64,000 nucleotides of DNA, taken from the NCBI RefSeq assembly GCF_006345805.1, contig NC_042999.1, positions 52,576,001-52,640,000 on the forward strand, written 5' to 3'. The stretch's first letter is position 1. Every line of letters begins with the position of its first letter. Shown here piece after piece: positions 1-12,202 of the stretch. This DNA comes from Octopus sinensis. Taxonomy: Eukaryota. Below the pieces are notes generated by a model. It had not been told where the DNA came from and made no database searches. It worked only from the letters and a program-made list of their open reading frames with translations. Made by a program: the position numbers and the translations under genes.

Positions 1-161
1 GAAGGGAGAATATGAATGGGTAAAGTAGTGAGGTGTTGTATGACTTGAAGTTGGTATGTTATGGATTATAGCTGTGATTTTAGCTGTGATTAGTAATGGA
101 TTCTTTGGAATGTAATATTTGTGTGTGAATATTTCTTTTATTCTAAAGTTGAGGTATATTA

Positions 162-600
162 ATTGTTTGTCGTAGACCCGTTAAGAAGTGGCCTGTATTT
201 TGCAATAAAGAGAGTTTCTTTACTTATTCGTTGTCTCGAGGTTGTATCGTCCCTAAATTGGTAGAGGGGGAAAATCCTGAAGCTTGGTGTTTTTTTGTTG
301 GCGCAAGTATCTATGTGTTGGCTAAAAGCTATTTTTCTGTTTTGGGGAATTTTTATCTGGGATCTGTGCAGGGCCATTCGTTTACGCAAACTATTTTTGT
401 TTGGCCTATGTACTGCTCTTCACACTCGGAGCAGGTTAGTGAGTATATTAGGTTCTCCGAAGCACATGTGAAGTTGCTTTTCACTGTAAACCGTGTTGTC
501 CCTGTTTGAAGGAGAACTCTGATCCCTCAATTAGATAGTCGCATATCCCGCAATTGGGTCTTCCACATTTTTTTACTGTCGGCTTCTGTGTTGAAGAGTG
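162..600 (-). pseudogene. PLE GIY-YIG endonuclease remnant
   Basis: Manual translation gives KKCGRPNCGICDYL...NLIYSLTCSECEEQYIGQTK, then a frameshift into NSLRKRMALHRSQIK...KETLFIAKYRPLLN (ORF 159..389). Confidence 0.85.
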
Positions 601-857
601 AATTCGGGCTTGTGTTAGGAGACTTTTCATGGATTTAGGCTGTCTCTTGCTTTTTATGATCGTGTGTTTTGGAGGATTGTGTTCATTCTGTGGTCTTTTT
701 TTAGGAGGGGTATGTTGTGGAGGATGGTGCCGAAGGCTTCGTTATTGAGAGGGTTGTGTGTGGAGATGTATGGTAAGGCTTTTGGTTGTAAGTTTTTCTT
801 TGATTTGGGATGTCTCAGTTCCTTGATGTTAAGTTGAAGGGCACGTTGAATGCATTG

Positions 858-1439
858 TCAATAAGTGAAGGTGGGGTTCCTGGTGATAAGGGTATCTTTT
901 AGTTCTTGTAGTCGTGTGTCTCTGGTGTTTGCGTTCGAGACTATAGTGCATATCCTTTTTGCTAGGTTGAAGGGGATATTCATCCTGGTGTGTCTGGGGT
1001 GGCATGAATTGAATGGAAGATATTGCTTAGAGTCTGTAGGCTTATAATATATGTCTGTTTCTATTATATTATTAGCTTTTTTAATGGGGATATCGAGGAA
1101 GGGGAGTTGTTGCTGGCTATATTCCATCGTGAATTGGATGTTTACGTCCAGTCCGTTTAAAATTTCCTGGAATTCTATGAGTTTTTCTATATTTTTATGC
1201 CAAAGGATGAAACAGTCATCTAGATATATCTTCCAGTTGTTTTCTATGTAGATGGAGAAAGGGCTGCCATATCTTTCTAGAACCTTACGATACAGACTGA
1301 TCTCTAGATATCCTATGACTAGGTTGGCAAAGGAGGGGGCATTCGTGTAACCCATCGCAGTCCCCGATTTTTGTCGGTAGAAGTTGTCATTGAAGGCGAA
1401 GAAGTTATTTTCCAGGATGAATTTAACCCCTTCTATCAC
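858..1439 (-). pseudogene. PLE reverse transcriptase and thumb region fragment
   Basis: 193-aa ORF with GTAMG and YLDD motifs and the PLE-typical C-terminal PFLD...YKPT...SCHP block. Confidence 0.9.
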
Positions 1440-1529
1440 GAATTCTTTTTTGATGCGATGTGGTTTCGTTGGCGTGATTTTCTACAACACCTCACTACTT
1501 TAACCATTCATATTCTCCCTTCTCTGTTT

Positions 1530-1735
1530 TTTTCTTCTTCTTCCTCTTCTCTTCATCATCATATTATCATCATCATCGTCGTCATAATCATCACCACCAT
1601 CACCATCATCGTCATCTTCTCCTTCTCCTTCTTCTTCTTCTTCTTCTTCATCATCATCATCATCAACATCGTCATCTTCTTCTTCTTCTTCTTCTTCTTC
1701 TTCTTCTTCTTCTTCTTCTTCTTCTTCTCCTTCTA
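1530..1735. repeat. Compound (CAT)n/(CTT)n microsatellite
   Basis: Direct trinucleotide runs. Confidence 0.95.
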
Positions 1736-2213
1736 CTTTTCCACCTCCTACCCATTAACTTTGTCACTAATGTTTTTTAGTATAACACCTACGCAAATTC
1801 TATAAACAAGCCTGTCAATATAAATATTCTCCTGAATTGAACTGAGACTGCCAGCCGCCACTGACCATTCAAAATACAACCATCAGGGCACTCCCAGATT
1901 CTCCCACCCCCTTTCCTCACCAGCTTTCTTCCTCTACTACCCTACCAAGAACTCACAACGACCTCCAACACACAAGTGCAAACAAGGGAGTCAGAGAAAG
2001 GCAGAATGCCACTTAAATCTGAACACATACTATAGAATATAATCTTTAAAAAAAACTTTTCTTCTAATTTTTCTAAATTTAATTATTTAATCGTTACAGT
2101 TAAAAGGTCTCAAAATGACCGAAAACGGGACTGAAATGTTCACTATAAAATTATTTTAGCATTTTCTATTTTTGACTTGTTTTTTCATATATATATATAT
2201 ATATTATAGTATA

Positions 2214-2244
<31 letters not shown>

Positions 2245-2339
2245 GATATTATATATATATATATATATATATAGAATATAGAGAGAGAGAGAGAGAGAGA
2301 GAGAAGAGAGAGAGGAAAAGAGAGAGAGAGAAAGATGTA

Positions 2340-2730
2340 CAAGGAGTGGCTGTGTAGTAATTTGCTTGCCTACCACATGTTTCCGGGTTCAGTCCCACTG
2401 CATGGCACTTTGGGCAAGTGTCTTCTACCATAGCCTCGGGCCGACCAAACCCTTGTGAGTGGATTTGGTACACGGAAATTGAAAGAAGCCCGTCGTATGT
2501 ATATGTATGTGTGTCTGTGTTTCTCCCACGCCCACCCAGTATCGCTTGTCAACCATGCTGGTGGGTTTTCATCCCCGTACATTAGCTGTTCGGCAAAAGA
2601 GACCGATAGAATAAGTACTAGGCTTATAAAGAATAAGTGCCGAGGTCGGTTTGTTCAACTAAAGGCGATGCTCCAGCATAGCCGCAGTCAAATGACTGAA
2701 ACAAGTAAAAGAATTAAAGAATTAAAGAAT
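2340..2730 (+). mobile_element. tRNA-derived SINE, family A (full copy)
   Basis: Head GGCTGTGTAGTAA...GGGTTCAGTCCCACTG (A/B-box-like) and tail CCAGCATAGCCGCAGTCAAATGACTGAAACAAGTAAAAGA. Related pieces recur at 23110, 25650, 26345, 37232, 43010, 47575, 55660 and 63775. Confidence 0.85.
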
Positions 2731-2954
2731 AAACTAAAGAGAACAAAGAACAGTCGATTCAGCTCCCTAATCTGAATATTGTGTAGTTATGGTGAATCAA
2801 ATGCGAACAACTTTATACGAGAAATAATCGCGGACAAGTATTTCCTATCTTCCAGGTGTGTAGATGCGGTGTGTCATATTGTTGTTTGCTTAAGCTTTGA
2901 AGAAGGACAGAATTTTTCATTTTATATTGTGGTCATTTACTAACGCATTCAAAT

Positions 2955-3013
2955 CTCTCGGCCACTGATGTACTCTCGGCCACTGATGTACTCTCGGCCA
3001 CTGATGTACTCTC
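2955..3013. repeat. 18-bp tandem repeat (CTCTCGGCCACTGATGTA) x3
   Basis: Three exact units visible. Confidence 0.95.
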
Positions 3014-3454
3014 TGCTCCCTCTAGCTTTTCTACCGTTACTACAGCGCTTTCTCCTCATCAGAGCTGACATATCTCGTAACACCTCTACTCACTCAACGC
3101 CACACTGCACTTAACTAATATTGTATTTATACCAGATACCAGATATCACCTAACCATTAATCCTACCATTTTTCCGCATGATCTCTCCATATGTCACCAT
3201 TAGTTTGTAACGAAAGTGTGAATATCTTCTCTGGACCTTTTGGGGGTGCGAGAAGCAATCACCTTCCGTTGCTTTAATAATCCAGATTCTACCAGTCAGA
3301 AACAACAAGACGCAGACGTAAATAATATATATCTACTTTATTCTCTTATGTGGTAACAGATAATTGGTGTATCTGGCATCCCTTTGGTATAGATGTGTCT
3401 CAGCTGAACCTTATCGCTGTAAAATAAGAAAGTGTTCAAATGCAAACCGACACT

Positions 3455-3790
3455 TGTCAAAGATGGCGTCCGGAGAAAGGAAGATGATGTAGTCTGCAAC
3501 AATTGGTTAAAAGCTTTCGGTAAAGGCTGCTGCTAGAATCAAATTCGGACAGAGAGAATATACGTGTTGTACCTTTGATAGCCATGTCTCAAGTCGCTGC
3601 TGACTGCTGCTAGTGGTCAAACGTTCTACGATCCCCTTGCCTCGGCTAACTGCCACGTAGGCAAAAGGGTTCTTCTTCCGGTGCTTCGCGCATGCGCGAG
3701 AGGGCCCTTCCTCTCTCTGCCTTGGTGAAGGCACCAACACGCGCGAAATAGAAAATGGACGGTGCGCGCGCGCGCCGCTGTATAGCGTCA
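3455..3790. promoter_or_regulatory. Candidate CpG-rich housekeeping-type promoter with YY1-, ETS- and NRF1-like motifs
   Basis: CAAAGATGGCG at 3458-3468, CTTCCGG at about 3675-3681 and palindromic CGCGCATGCGCG at 3687-3698, in a locally CpG-rich patch. Confidence 0.45.
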
Positions 3791-3954
3791 CTACAAGTTC
3801 TTCGTTTCGTTCTATTTTTTTTTCTTACCTGTGTCCGTCAACTTTGAACTCTGTCAGAGAACTATGACCGCGTCGAAATCTTCGATTTTGAAATGTGTGC
3901 CAGGGCCATGGGCTCACATTCGTTTAGATTGTTGATGTTTATTAACACACGGAC

Positions 3955-4275
3955 ACAGACACACCATACACGCCCGCACGCGTGTAGCATTATAATTTCC
4001 CAGCTAAAAGTAATAGAGACACTCTCCTTTAAGCTTTGTTTTCTAGTTCTTCTATTGCTATAGACAGTCCTGTGTGTATTGCGTGTGTATGTGTGTGTAT
4101 TTCTCTGTGTGTCCATGTACACACACATACACGCCCGCACGCGTGTAATATTATAATTTCCCAGCTAAAAGTAATACAGACACTCTCCTTTAAGCATTGT
4201 TTTCTAGCTCTTCTATTGCTATAGACAGTCTTGTGTGCATTGTGTGTGTATGTGTTTGTATGTCTCTGTGTGTGC
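3955..4275. repeat. Tandem duplication with period about 161 bp
   Basis: CGCCCGCACGCGTGTA...ATAATTTCCCAGCTAAAAGTAATA starts at 3971 and again at 4132. Confidence 0.9.
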
Positions 4276-5509
4276 ATGCATGTGTGTTTGCGTATGCTGG
4301 GTAAGCCTTATTTCGAAGGGATTATATGCTAATCCGATGTAAGATCTACATAAGGTGTCAGCTTGGCAGTGACACAGCAAAAGAAACTCTTTATAAATTC
4401 ATTTAACGGTGAAACAAAAGTTTGTTAAAGAGAATACAATTGTATGTTGCTGTAATAATGTCGTGCGAATTTAGCCGTCATAAGAGATTTTCTAAATTGT
4501 CTTTTGTTAAAATTTTGCAATGTTTCTTTTGTCAGAGAAATGTAATATAAGTCTGAAGTCTTTTTTTTTTCCTATTGATTCAGAAATTCTTCATTACAAA
4601 TGTCTAGTATTAAATTACCGCTGGCAATGAAGTGATTTTTGTCTGAGAATCGACTTCGTATGAAGTCACTATTATAAATATCAACACTGAAAGTTTCCAA
4701 AGCAACAACAAAGCAAATCGCATCTTCCAAATCGAATCGATTTGTTGCACCGATTTTCACAATATTCCAACGAATAACGATTTGTTTCTTCAAGAAGGAG
4801 CATATTCACAATGTATATGTGTGTGTGTGTTATATACATACAGACATGCCTGGAGTGTAACCACGCTCTTACATAAGCGCACATGTGTACAAAAGAGACC
4901 ATGTACACACAACCAATAAATGAGTACAAGTTTATATAAATATCCATACATAAACCCATCTAACCCACATATTCGCGAATCCTTGAAAGTGACCTGACTT
5001 GAATAAAGAAAAAAAGTTTTGAATTTCCGAAGACCACCATATAAATCTGAAAGAAAATATAGGCATCTACGAAATAAGGACATAATGATTGATTCATTTT
5101 GTCAAACGACCGGCGCCTCGTTATTCGTTGTTCATAATAAGCTCACCCACTTCTCTACAGATTTATGGCTTTGAAGTTTCAACTGGCGAAATCTGCAGCA
5201 AGTTAGCACAGAAGAAAAAATGAAGTAACATGATTAGACCTATGTATATGATTGAATTATAATGACAGATGTCTGTACGATATGTAGGTCATCCTCTACA
5301 GACGCCTTCTGAAATAATACATCATATTTGTCCTGCAGTTTAAATGGTTTCTGATCACCTTACTCTTGCATACCAGCTTTTATATTAGGCAGCTTTAAAA
5401 TTATGGCTTCTCATGAAGACCTTTTGCTTTAAACAGTGCCTTCCGCAGCGCATCATCTCTCGAATTTTAAGGATGTCTAAGATTTCCACCCTAATGCGTA
5501 TATACATAC

Positions 5510-5569
<60 letters not shown>

Positions 5570-5901
5570 CACATATATATATATACATATATGTATATAT
5601 ATGTATATAAATATATACATACATACATAAATAAATACATACATACATACATACATACATACATACATACATGCATGCATACAAAAGATAAGGAGTGGAA
5701 CACGCAAAGCACGGACTGTTTCGTTGCAGGCTGAAGTCTGTTACATAAGCTGTAACAAACTCAAACCAACCTAGCAAATCATTAGGTCACTATTGCACTC
5801 CTTATCTTTTGGGTTTTTATTCGCATTCTGACCGATCTTCAGTTGTATCGTGGCTGTTCAGCTTACCGACACTCATTTTAACTTCCATATGGGAAGAGGT
5901 A

Positions 5902-6033
5902 GTAGGAAGTTAGTGCGCTTCATGATTTTGTACAGATGACAAAAAGCGGACAATATATAAGAAAATATATCTTCTCGTATATTTTCCGCTTTTTGTTATC
6001 TGTACAAGAGCTTGAAGCTCGCTAACTTCCTAC
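5902..6033. repeat. Hairpin / MITE-like inverted repeat with arms of about 62 bp
   Basis: GTAGGAAGTTAG...TGTACAGAT.ACAAAAAGCGGA is matched by its reverse complement ending GCTAACTTCCTAC. Confidence 0.85.
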
Positions 6034-6129
6034 ACTTGGATGCTGGGCGACGTATGAGCGTTCAGCTTTTGCCGAACGATCTGCACTAATGATTTGTTTA
6101 TAACGACAAATCTATGTGCTGTACATTTG

Positions 6130-6650
6130 CTCTCTCTCTCTCTTCATCAAATTGACGTTGTCTGAACAGGTGCATGGTGTTGAAGCGATCGCAGAGCATT
6201 GTGAGATGATGTGCTTGGCCCAAGAACATAACGCACCAACCCGTCTAGGGCTGTGTGATAAGAAGCTTGCTTCCCAATTGCATGGTTCCGGGTACATACA
6301 TAATTTCATAAATAAAGGCATATATACATGCACAAATATCGAGACACAAGCACACATGCTGTTATATGTACAAATATGAAGTTCACAGTAGTCTCAGTTC
6401 TGCAATATCTTGTTGAACGACCTACACTCATGATTTGTTTATAGTGAGCTAATAATGTAATTGCTGTGCATTAGCTCATTCTCTGCATCAAATCGACATT
6501 GCATGAATAGGTGCAGTGTGTTCCAAACGCCGGGTGTCGAAGTGATCTCAAAACAACGTGAAATGAAGTGCTTTCCTCAACAACATAGCACCCCCAGGAA
6601 CTGAAACCACGATCTCGACATCTTGTGAGCAACACACTTATTACTACGCA
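6130..6650 (-). mobile_element. Two degenerate SINE copies, family D (CORE-like central block)
   Basis: Plus-strand GTGCTTGGCCCAAGAACATAACGCACC and GAAGTGCTTTCCTCAACAACATAGCACC are reverse complements of the GTGTTCTTGAGCAA core also seen at 62570-62770. Confidence 0.6.
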
Positions 6651-6714
6651 ATGCACTCTCACTGTAACATGCATACATACATGCATACATAGATACATAG
6701 ATACATAGATACGT

Positions 6715-6900
6715 AGTGGGAATTTACAAAAAAATAAACAAAGACAGCGATGGGTGCGTAAACAACAAAAAGATGTATTAGCTTAACGCTCGGAAGTGAG
6801 AAAGTCTTTAACGTTTTGAGCCTACGCTCTTCCACAGAAAGGATCACATAAATAAACAAGGAGAGAAAATAGAAAAAGGTTTAGTGGCTAACGATTTACC
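6715..6900 (-). mobile_element. Non-autonomous PLE-tail-like element with a degenerate minimal hammerhead
   Basis: Minus strand reads CTTT-CTGTGGA-A-GAGC-GTAG-GCTC-AAAA-CGTT-AAAG. Confidence 0.55.
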
Positions 6901-7071
6901 ATGGCGAAAGTAACATACATGCATACATATATATATATATACATACATACATAATACATACATACATGCATGCATACATACATACATAATACATACATAC
7001 ATATATATATATATAATATATATATATATATATAATATATATATACATACATATATATATATATATACATA

Positions 7072-7132
<61 letters not shown>

Positions 7133-7139
7133 TATATAG

Positions 7140-7290
7140 TTAATCCAAACAAGAAAGCACGAAAAGCACAACAACACAACGCGAGGACGTGGAACAGATA
7201 TAGTATTATTGGACGCTCAGGAAAGAAGGAGTTTCTAACGTTTCGAGCGGAGTTCTTCGTCGGAAACATAGGAGAAGGAAAGATCCAGAG
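7140..7290 (-). mobile_element. PLE-tail-like element with a degenerate minimal hammerhead; same family as 43735-43900
   Basis: Minus strand reads CCGACGA-A-GAAC-TCC-GCTC-GAAA-CGTTAG. Flank AACGCGAGGAC...GACGCTCA(G/A)GGAAG is shared with 43770-43820. Confidence 0.55.
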
Positions 7291-8433
7291 AAGGGAAGAC
7301 ACACACACACATATATATATATATGTATATACATACATGTATACACATATGTATATATATATGTGTGTGTGTATATATATATATATACATGCCTACAATC
7401 ATCTATTCATAAATATGCTTGTATATCTACAAACACATAGAAACATATCCACATCAGAGACACATACGCACACATACGCACGCACACACACACACACACA
7501 CACATGCATATTTCCTTCTTTTATGAATTGTCTATTGACAGACACAATAAAGCTACAAAGAGCTTTATTTAATTAGAATTAAACGCGGATTACAGAGAGT
7601 CTGCTAGTTGCTGTCAGCCTTTTCTTAGAGTATCATCTTGTCGCGTCGTGTTATCTCCCCCGTAGGACAAGACGCTTCAGTTCAGGTGATACATAACTTG
7701 GTAAGGTGATACGTACCTTGGCAAGGTTATACGTAAAGCATCGTACAAATATAGGAGAAGAATAAACAGTTGAGATAATCATGATTGTTTGCTTGTACGT
7801 ATCTAGAGAGCGTCTCTTTGTCATTCCATTCCTCTCTCTCTCACTCTGTGACTGTGAACCTGTTTACGTATGACTGGTACTGTGTGGAAGAATATGTGGG
7901 TCTTATGCACAGTAATGTATGAAACTTAATACCTACTTCCAATTACATATATCTATTTATATATACGTATAAATATGCGTGTATGTGTATATGCGTATGT
8001 GTGTATGTGTGTGTATGTGAGAGAAAGAAAGAGGGAATTGGTGTTTTTTATGGCTATGATATTGTCATAGAAACTACAGTGCTTGCACGTGTGTTTGGCT
8101 GTGTGTATAGATGTCTATAAACAATAATAATAACAAGATTGTTAAGAACGACATAAATGAATAAATATATTGACAAACATCCGAATGTCTACCAAGCTGT
8201 CTGTCTACCTGTCTAGCTACTCTATCTGCATGTCTGTATAGGTATGCATGTGTGTGCGTATGTATGTATGTATGTATGTATGTATGTATGTATGTATGTA
8301 TGTATGTATTATGTATGTATGTATGAATGTATGTATGTATAGGTACGTATGCATTGATGCATGTGTACATGTATGCATGTATGAATGTATGTATGTATGT
8401 ATGTATGTATGCATGTTTGCATGTAAGTATGCA

Positions 8434-8494
<61 letters not shown>

Positions 8495-8635
8495 GTGTGT
8501 CTGTCTATGGATGTGTCTACGTGTCACTCTCTACTGATACGCACACTCAGATACATACAAACACACACACACCACACACACACACACAAACACATAAACA
8601 CATACACATATAGGGTGAGACATATATACATATAT

Positions 8636-9470
8636 GTACAGGGTGTTCAGGATTTGACAATTTTTCATATGTAGTATATTTTTAGCAACAGCTTGATATT
8701 TTGGTGAGCAATCAACTGCCTTTGTAGGTGAATAAAAGTTAGCAGACACGCAGAACTAGAAACCATCTGAATATCAGAAAAGAGTTACCAGTATCATGAT
8801 GGTTCGCGCCGGGTGTCAAAGCGCCGGCGTCATAACTGCTGATCAATGCCCTGTGAGCTCTGTAAAAGCAAGTAAGACGTGAGATGGGCAGCGACAACTA
8901 AGGAGACCGTGGCCAGTAGGAAGAGTTACAGAAGGCGTTCTGACTGCCGCTGCACGCCGGAATTCTTCCCCCCACACCAACCTCTGAACAGGACATTAAT
9001 CCCTATTCAAACGACTATGCAAAGCTGCTGGAGACTGTCGTCAATCCCTGGCTAGAGTGGGTTATTGTTGGAAGGTCATATGCGTGCCGACAAAAGAATT
9101 CAACTCCTCGCTATACCCCCGGAAAAAGTCAGAAGTGGTTGTCGGAAAGAGTTAGAAGTCATTTCTACGACTACACCAGCCCCAATTTCTGACCTCCCAA
9201 TTCCTACGACTGCCATCCATTGGAAGGAGCGCAGTTGAGGAAGACACCAAACTCACTGTCTGCAACACCAGGATTCAGTGAGGAACGCATTCCCCAGATT
9301 CCGGGGTCGTCTTGAAACCGTGGTTCAAGCTGAGGGCGGCTACTTTAAGTTATACCTATTGCTCCTATTGTTTGCTTCTGTGAGCAATTATGTAGCGTTC
9401 GGTTGTAGTTTTTCACTAATGTTTAATTATATATTATCTCAAATGGTTTCACTACATAGTGAGTGCCCCT
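8636..9470 (+). mobile_element. Degenerate Tc1/maT-like DNA transposon
   Basis: Starts TACAGGGTG. Translation gives remnants LLETVVNPWLE, KSQKWLSE, FYDYTSPNF*PPNS and FRGRLETVVQAEGGYF. Confidence 0.7.
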
Positions 9471-9559
9471 TGTTTTGTTTATTTATTTATTTTCTAACTG
9501 AATGGTGATCTACATCAAGGGTATCTACATCCATGGGCTTCCCTCTGGCCAGACGGTTC

Positions 9560-9965
9560 AGAAAGAGTACTTTGTAGAGGCTTTGAATGAATAAAGGGAG
9601 ATATTTTGTCGCCAAAGGGCAGAACACCTTTATCCCAGGATAAAGCACCAGTCTACAATTCCATCCTAGTAACAGACTACAAGTGATGGGCAGGGAAACT
9701 GACACTCACCCTCTCAACAGTTCAAACTTTGCTCCCTGTGACTTTTGGTTCTTCCCCAAGCTGAAGGAGAAAATGAAGGAGGCTGTAACAAGGGCCTTGG
9801 ATGCTTTCACTTTCGGGGACGTCCATGGTGGCCTTTACGAAGTAGCTGGAGTGCTGCCACAAGTGCATTAAAGTCAGAGACTCCTACTTTATAGGGGATT
9901 ACAGTTTTGCAGTACTTGAAAATGAATAAATATAGTCTGAAAAGGTTTCAAAGTCCTGGAATACA
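9560..9965 (+). mobile_element. Mariner remnant (internally deleted)
   Basis: THPLNSSNFAPCDFWFFPKLKEKMK resembles the mariner HPPYSPDLAPCDF motif. Confidence 0.7.
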
Positions 9966-10216
9966 CTTTAGGCATAGTTAAGAAGCCATGAAGTGATAAA
10001 CAAGCACCTAGCTCCAAGTGCACTGCATCTTGTCGCAGAAACAGCTGTAAGCTAATGGAATGCATTAATTCATATTCCCTTGTCAATAATTTAATTATAT
10101 ATATATATATATATATATAAATTTAGGATATAATAATTAAAATGGCTAGTAGTCAGTGGCTAGTGTATAAAAATCTACCATATCGGTAAAACTTTTAAGT
10201 ATACAATTTTAAATAT

Positions 10217-10492
10217 ATAATTATAATTAAGGGTGTTGGAAGGCCAACACCAATACGTTAGAAGTAGATGCCAAATGTCTACAACCACTATAAATTTGCT
10301 CCCTATAACACAAGGGAGAATAAAGGAGAATGCGAAGGAATAGGCAAGAAAATTTTTGAAATTTCGGATAACCCTATATCTTAAGATTTCGTGTTCTGAA
10401 ATAAAAATTACTTTACATTCTACTAAAGAGTGTAATAGTATCTACTTCTAGCGTATTGCCGGTGGCCTTCCAGCGCCCTTAATTATAATTAT
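10217..10492. repeat. MITE-like inverted repeat, arms about 52 bp, spacer about 170 bp
   Basis: ATAATTATAATTAAGGGTGTTGGAAGGCC...AGAAGTAGAT versus ATCTACTTCTAG...GGCCTTCCAGCGCCCTTAATTATAATTAT. Confidence 0.8.
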
Positions 10493-10561
10493 AATCATAT
10501 TTCTATATTAGAAATATAGAATTTCTAAATGTCTCAGAGAGACATAAGCGGTGGTGAAGAG

Positions 10562-10742
10562 ATATAGTGGTCGTATACCGTCAACTCAATGCGACAGTCC
10601 CGTAAGGGAATTACATCACCACCATTTAGCACTAGGAAACATCGACGTCTCCTGTCACAGCCGACAGGAGACGTCGATGTTTCCTAGGGCTAAATGGCGT
10701 AAGGGACTGTCACGTTGAGTTGACAGTATACGACCACTATAT
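10562..10742. repeat. Long imperfect palindrome with arms of about 80 bp and a 6-nt loop
   Basis: ATATAGTGGTCGTATAC...GACGTCTCCTGTC-ACAGCC-GACAGGAGACGTC...GTATACGACCACTATAT, with an insertion of about 18 nt in the left arm. Confidence 0.9.
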
Positions 10743-10767
10743 TTTTATAATTATATACTTAAATACT

Positions 10768-10800
<33 letters not shown>

Positions 10801-10918
10801 ATATATGCATATATATATATATATGCATATATATATATATATAAATCTCCCTATATATATGTGTATGTATGTATGTGTATATATATGTATATATATATAT
10901 ACATATATATATATACAC

Positions 10919-10983
<65 letters not shown>

Positions 10984-10998
10984 TACATATGTACATAT

Positions 10999-11109
<111 letters not shown>

Positions 11110-11150
11110 TGGCGGTGCCTCAGCATGGCCACAGCCTTAGGGCTGAAATG

Positions 11151-11188
<38 letters not shown>

Positions 11189-11459
11189 TATATGTTGTAT
11201 CCATACACATATATGCTTATGTGTGTGTGTGTGTGTGAGAATGTGAGAAAGTGAGAGAGAGAAGAGAGAGAGAGAGAGAGAGGAAAGCTGATAAACCAGC
11301 AAGGAAGAGAAGGGAAACTAGGAAGAGGAATTAAATGAGACAGAAAGAAAGAAAGAGAGAGAGAGAAAGAGGTGGGAGAGAAAGACTAACAGATATAGAG
11401 ACTGATTCCATCACTCCAAAAGTTTCTTCAACTTTTCTCTTCGCTTTCTTTCACCCCCC

Positions 11460-11494
<35 letters not shown>

Positions 11495-11964
11495 TCTCTC
11501 TGATTCTTCCATATACTTTTCCTCTCGCAATCCCCCCCACGTTTCTCACCGCATTCTCTCTCACTCTCTCTCTCTTCTCCTCTTACTACCACTCTTTCTT
11601 CCTTCTCATCTTAAAACTTCCCTATTTTATTTTCTATATTTAGCTGGTTACTCTACCTTCAAAATCTCCCTTTCTCTCTTTCTCTCTCTCTCCCTCTCCC
11701 TCTCCCTCTCATTCTCTCTTTCTCGTGTGATTTCTTTTCATATCCACCCTGTCTTCCCTCTCTAGATATCACCTCCTCTCACCATCCCTCACTCTCCTCC
11801 TCTTACTTTCTCTCTCATCTCCCATCTTCATCTTCTCCAGACTCCACATCACACACCTTTCTTTTCTACCCTCCCCTTTCCATGTCTCCTCTTTCTCAGT
11901 CTCTGTTACACACATACTAACACACACGCACACTCGCACGTGCATATGTCATATTTATGTACGC

Positions 11965-12002
<38 letters not shown>

Positions 12003-12163
12003 TTGTGCGTATGTACGTGTATATATATATCATTTATGAGTGTGTGTATTTATACGTAACTATATAAATAGATATGTGTGTGAATGCATAAATAGATATG
12101 TGTGTGAATGCAAAATTACAGACTCACATTCACACAACCACACACATCCACATACACGCACGC

Positions 12164-12202
<39 letters not shown>

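Larger units (their letters stand above)
1..1478 (-). mobile_element. Penelope-like retroelement (PLE), 5'-truncated and frameshifted; 3' tail runs off the window start
   Basis: Minus strand encodes PLE-type RT (QKSGTAMG, YLDDCFILW, LPFLDI, IYYKPT, SCHPRH) followed by a GIY-YIG endonuclease (CGRPNCGIC, NLIYSLTCSECEEQYIGQT). Confidence 0.9.

Noticed and set aside
8925-8975. GC-rich hairpin GGAAGAGTT...GGCGT...ACGCC..AATTCTTCC
   Set aside because: It lies inside the Tc1/maT remnant, has no ribozyme or SECIS core, and is probably chance pairing.
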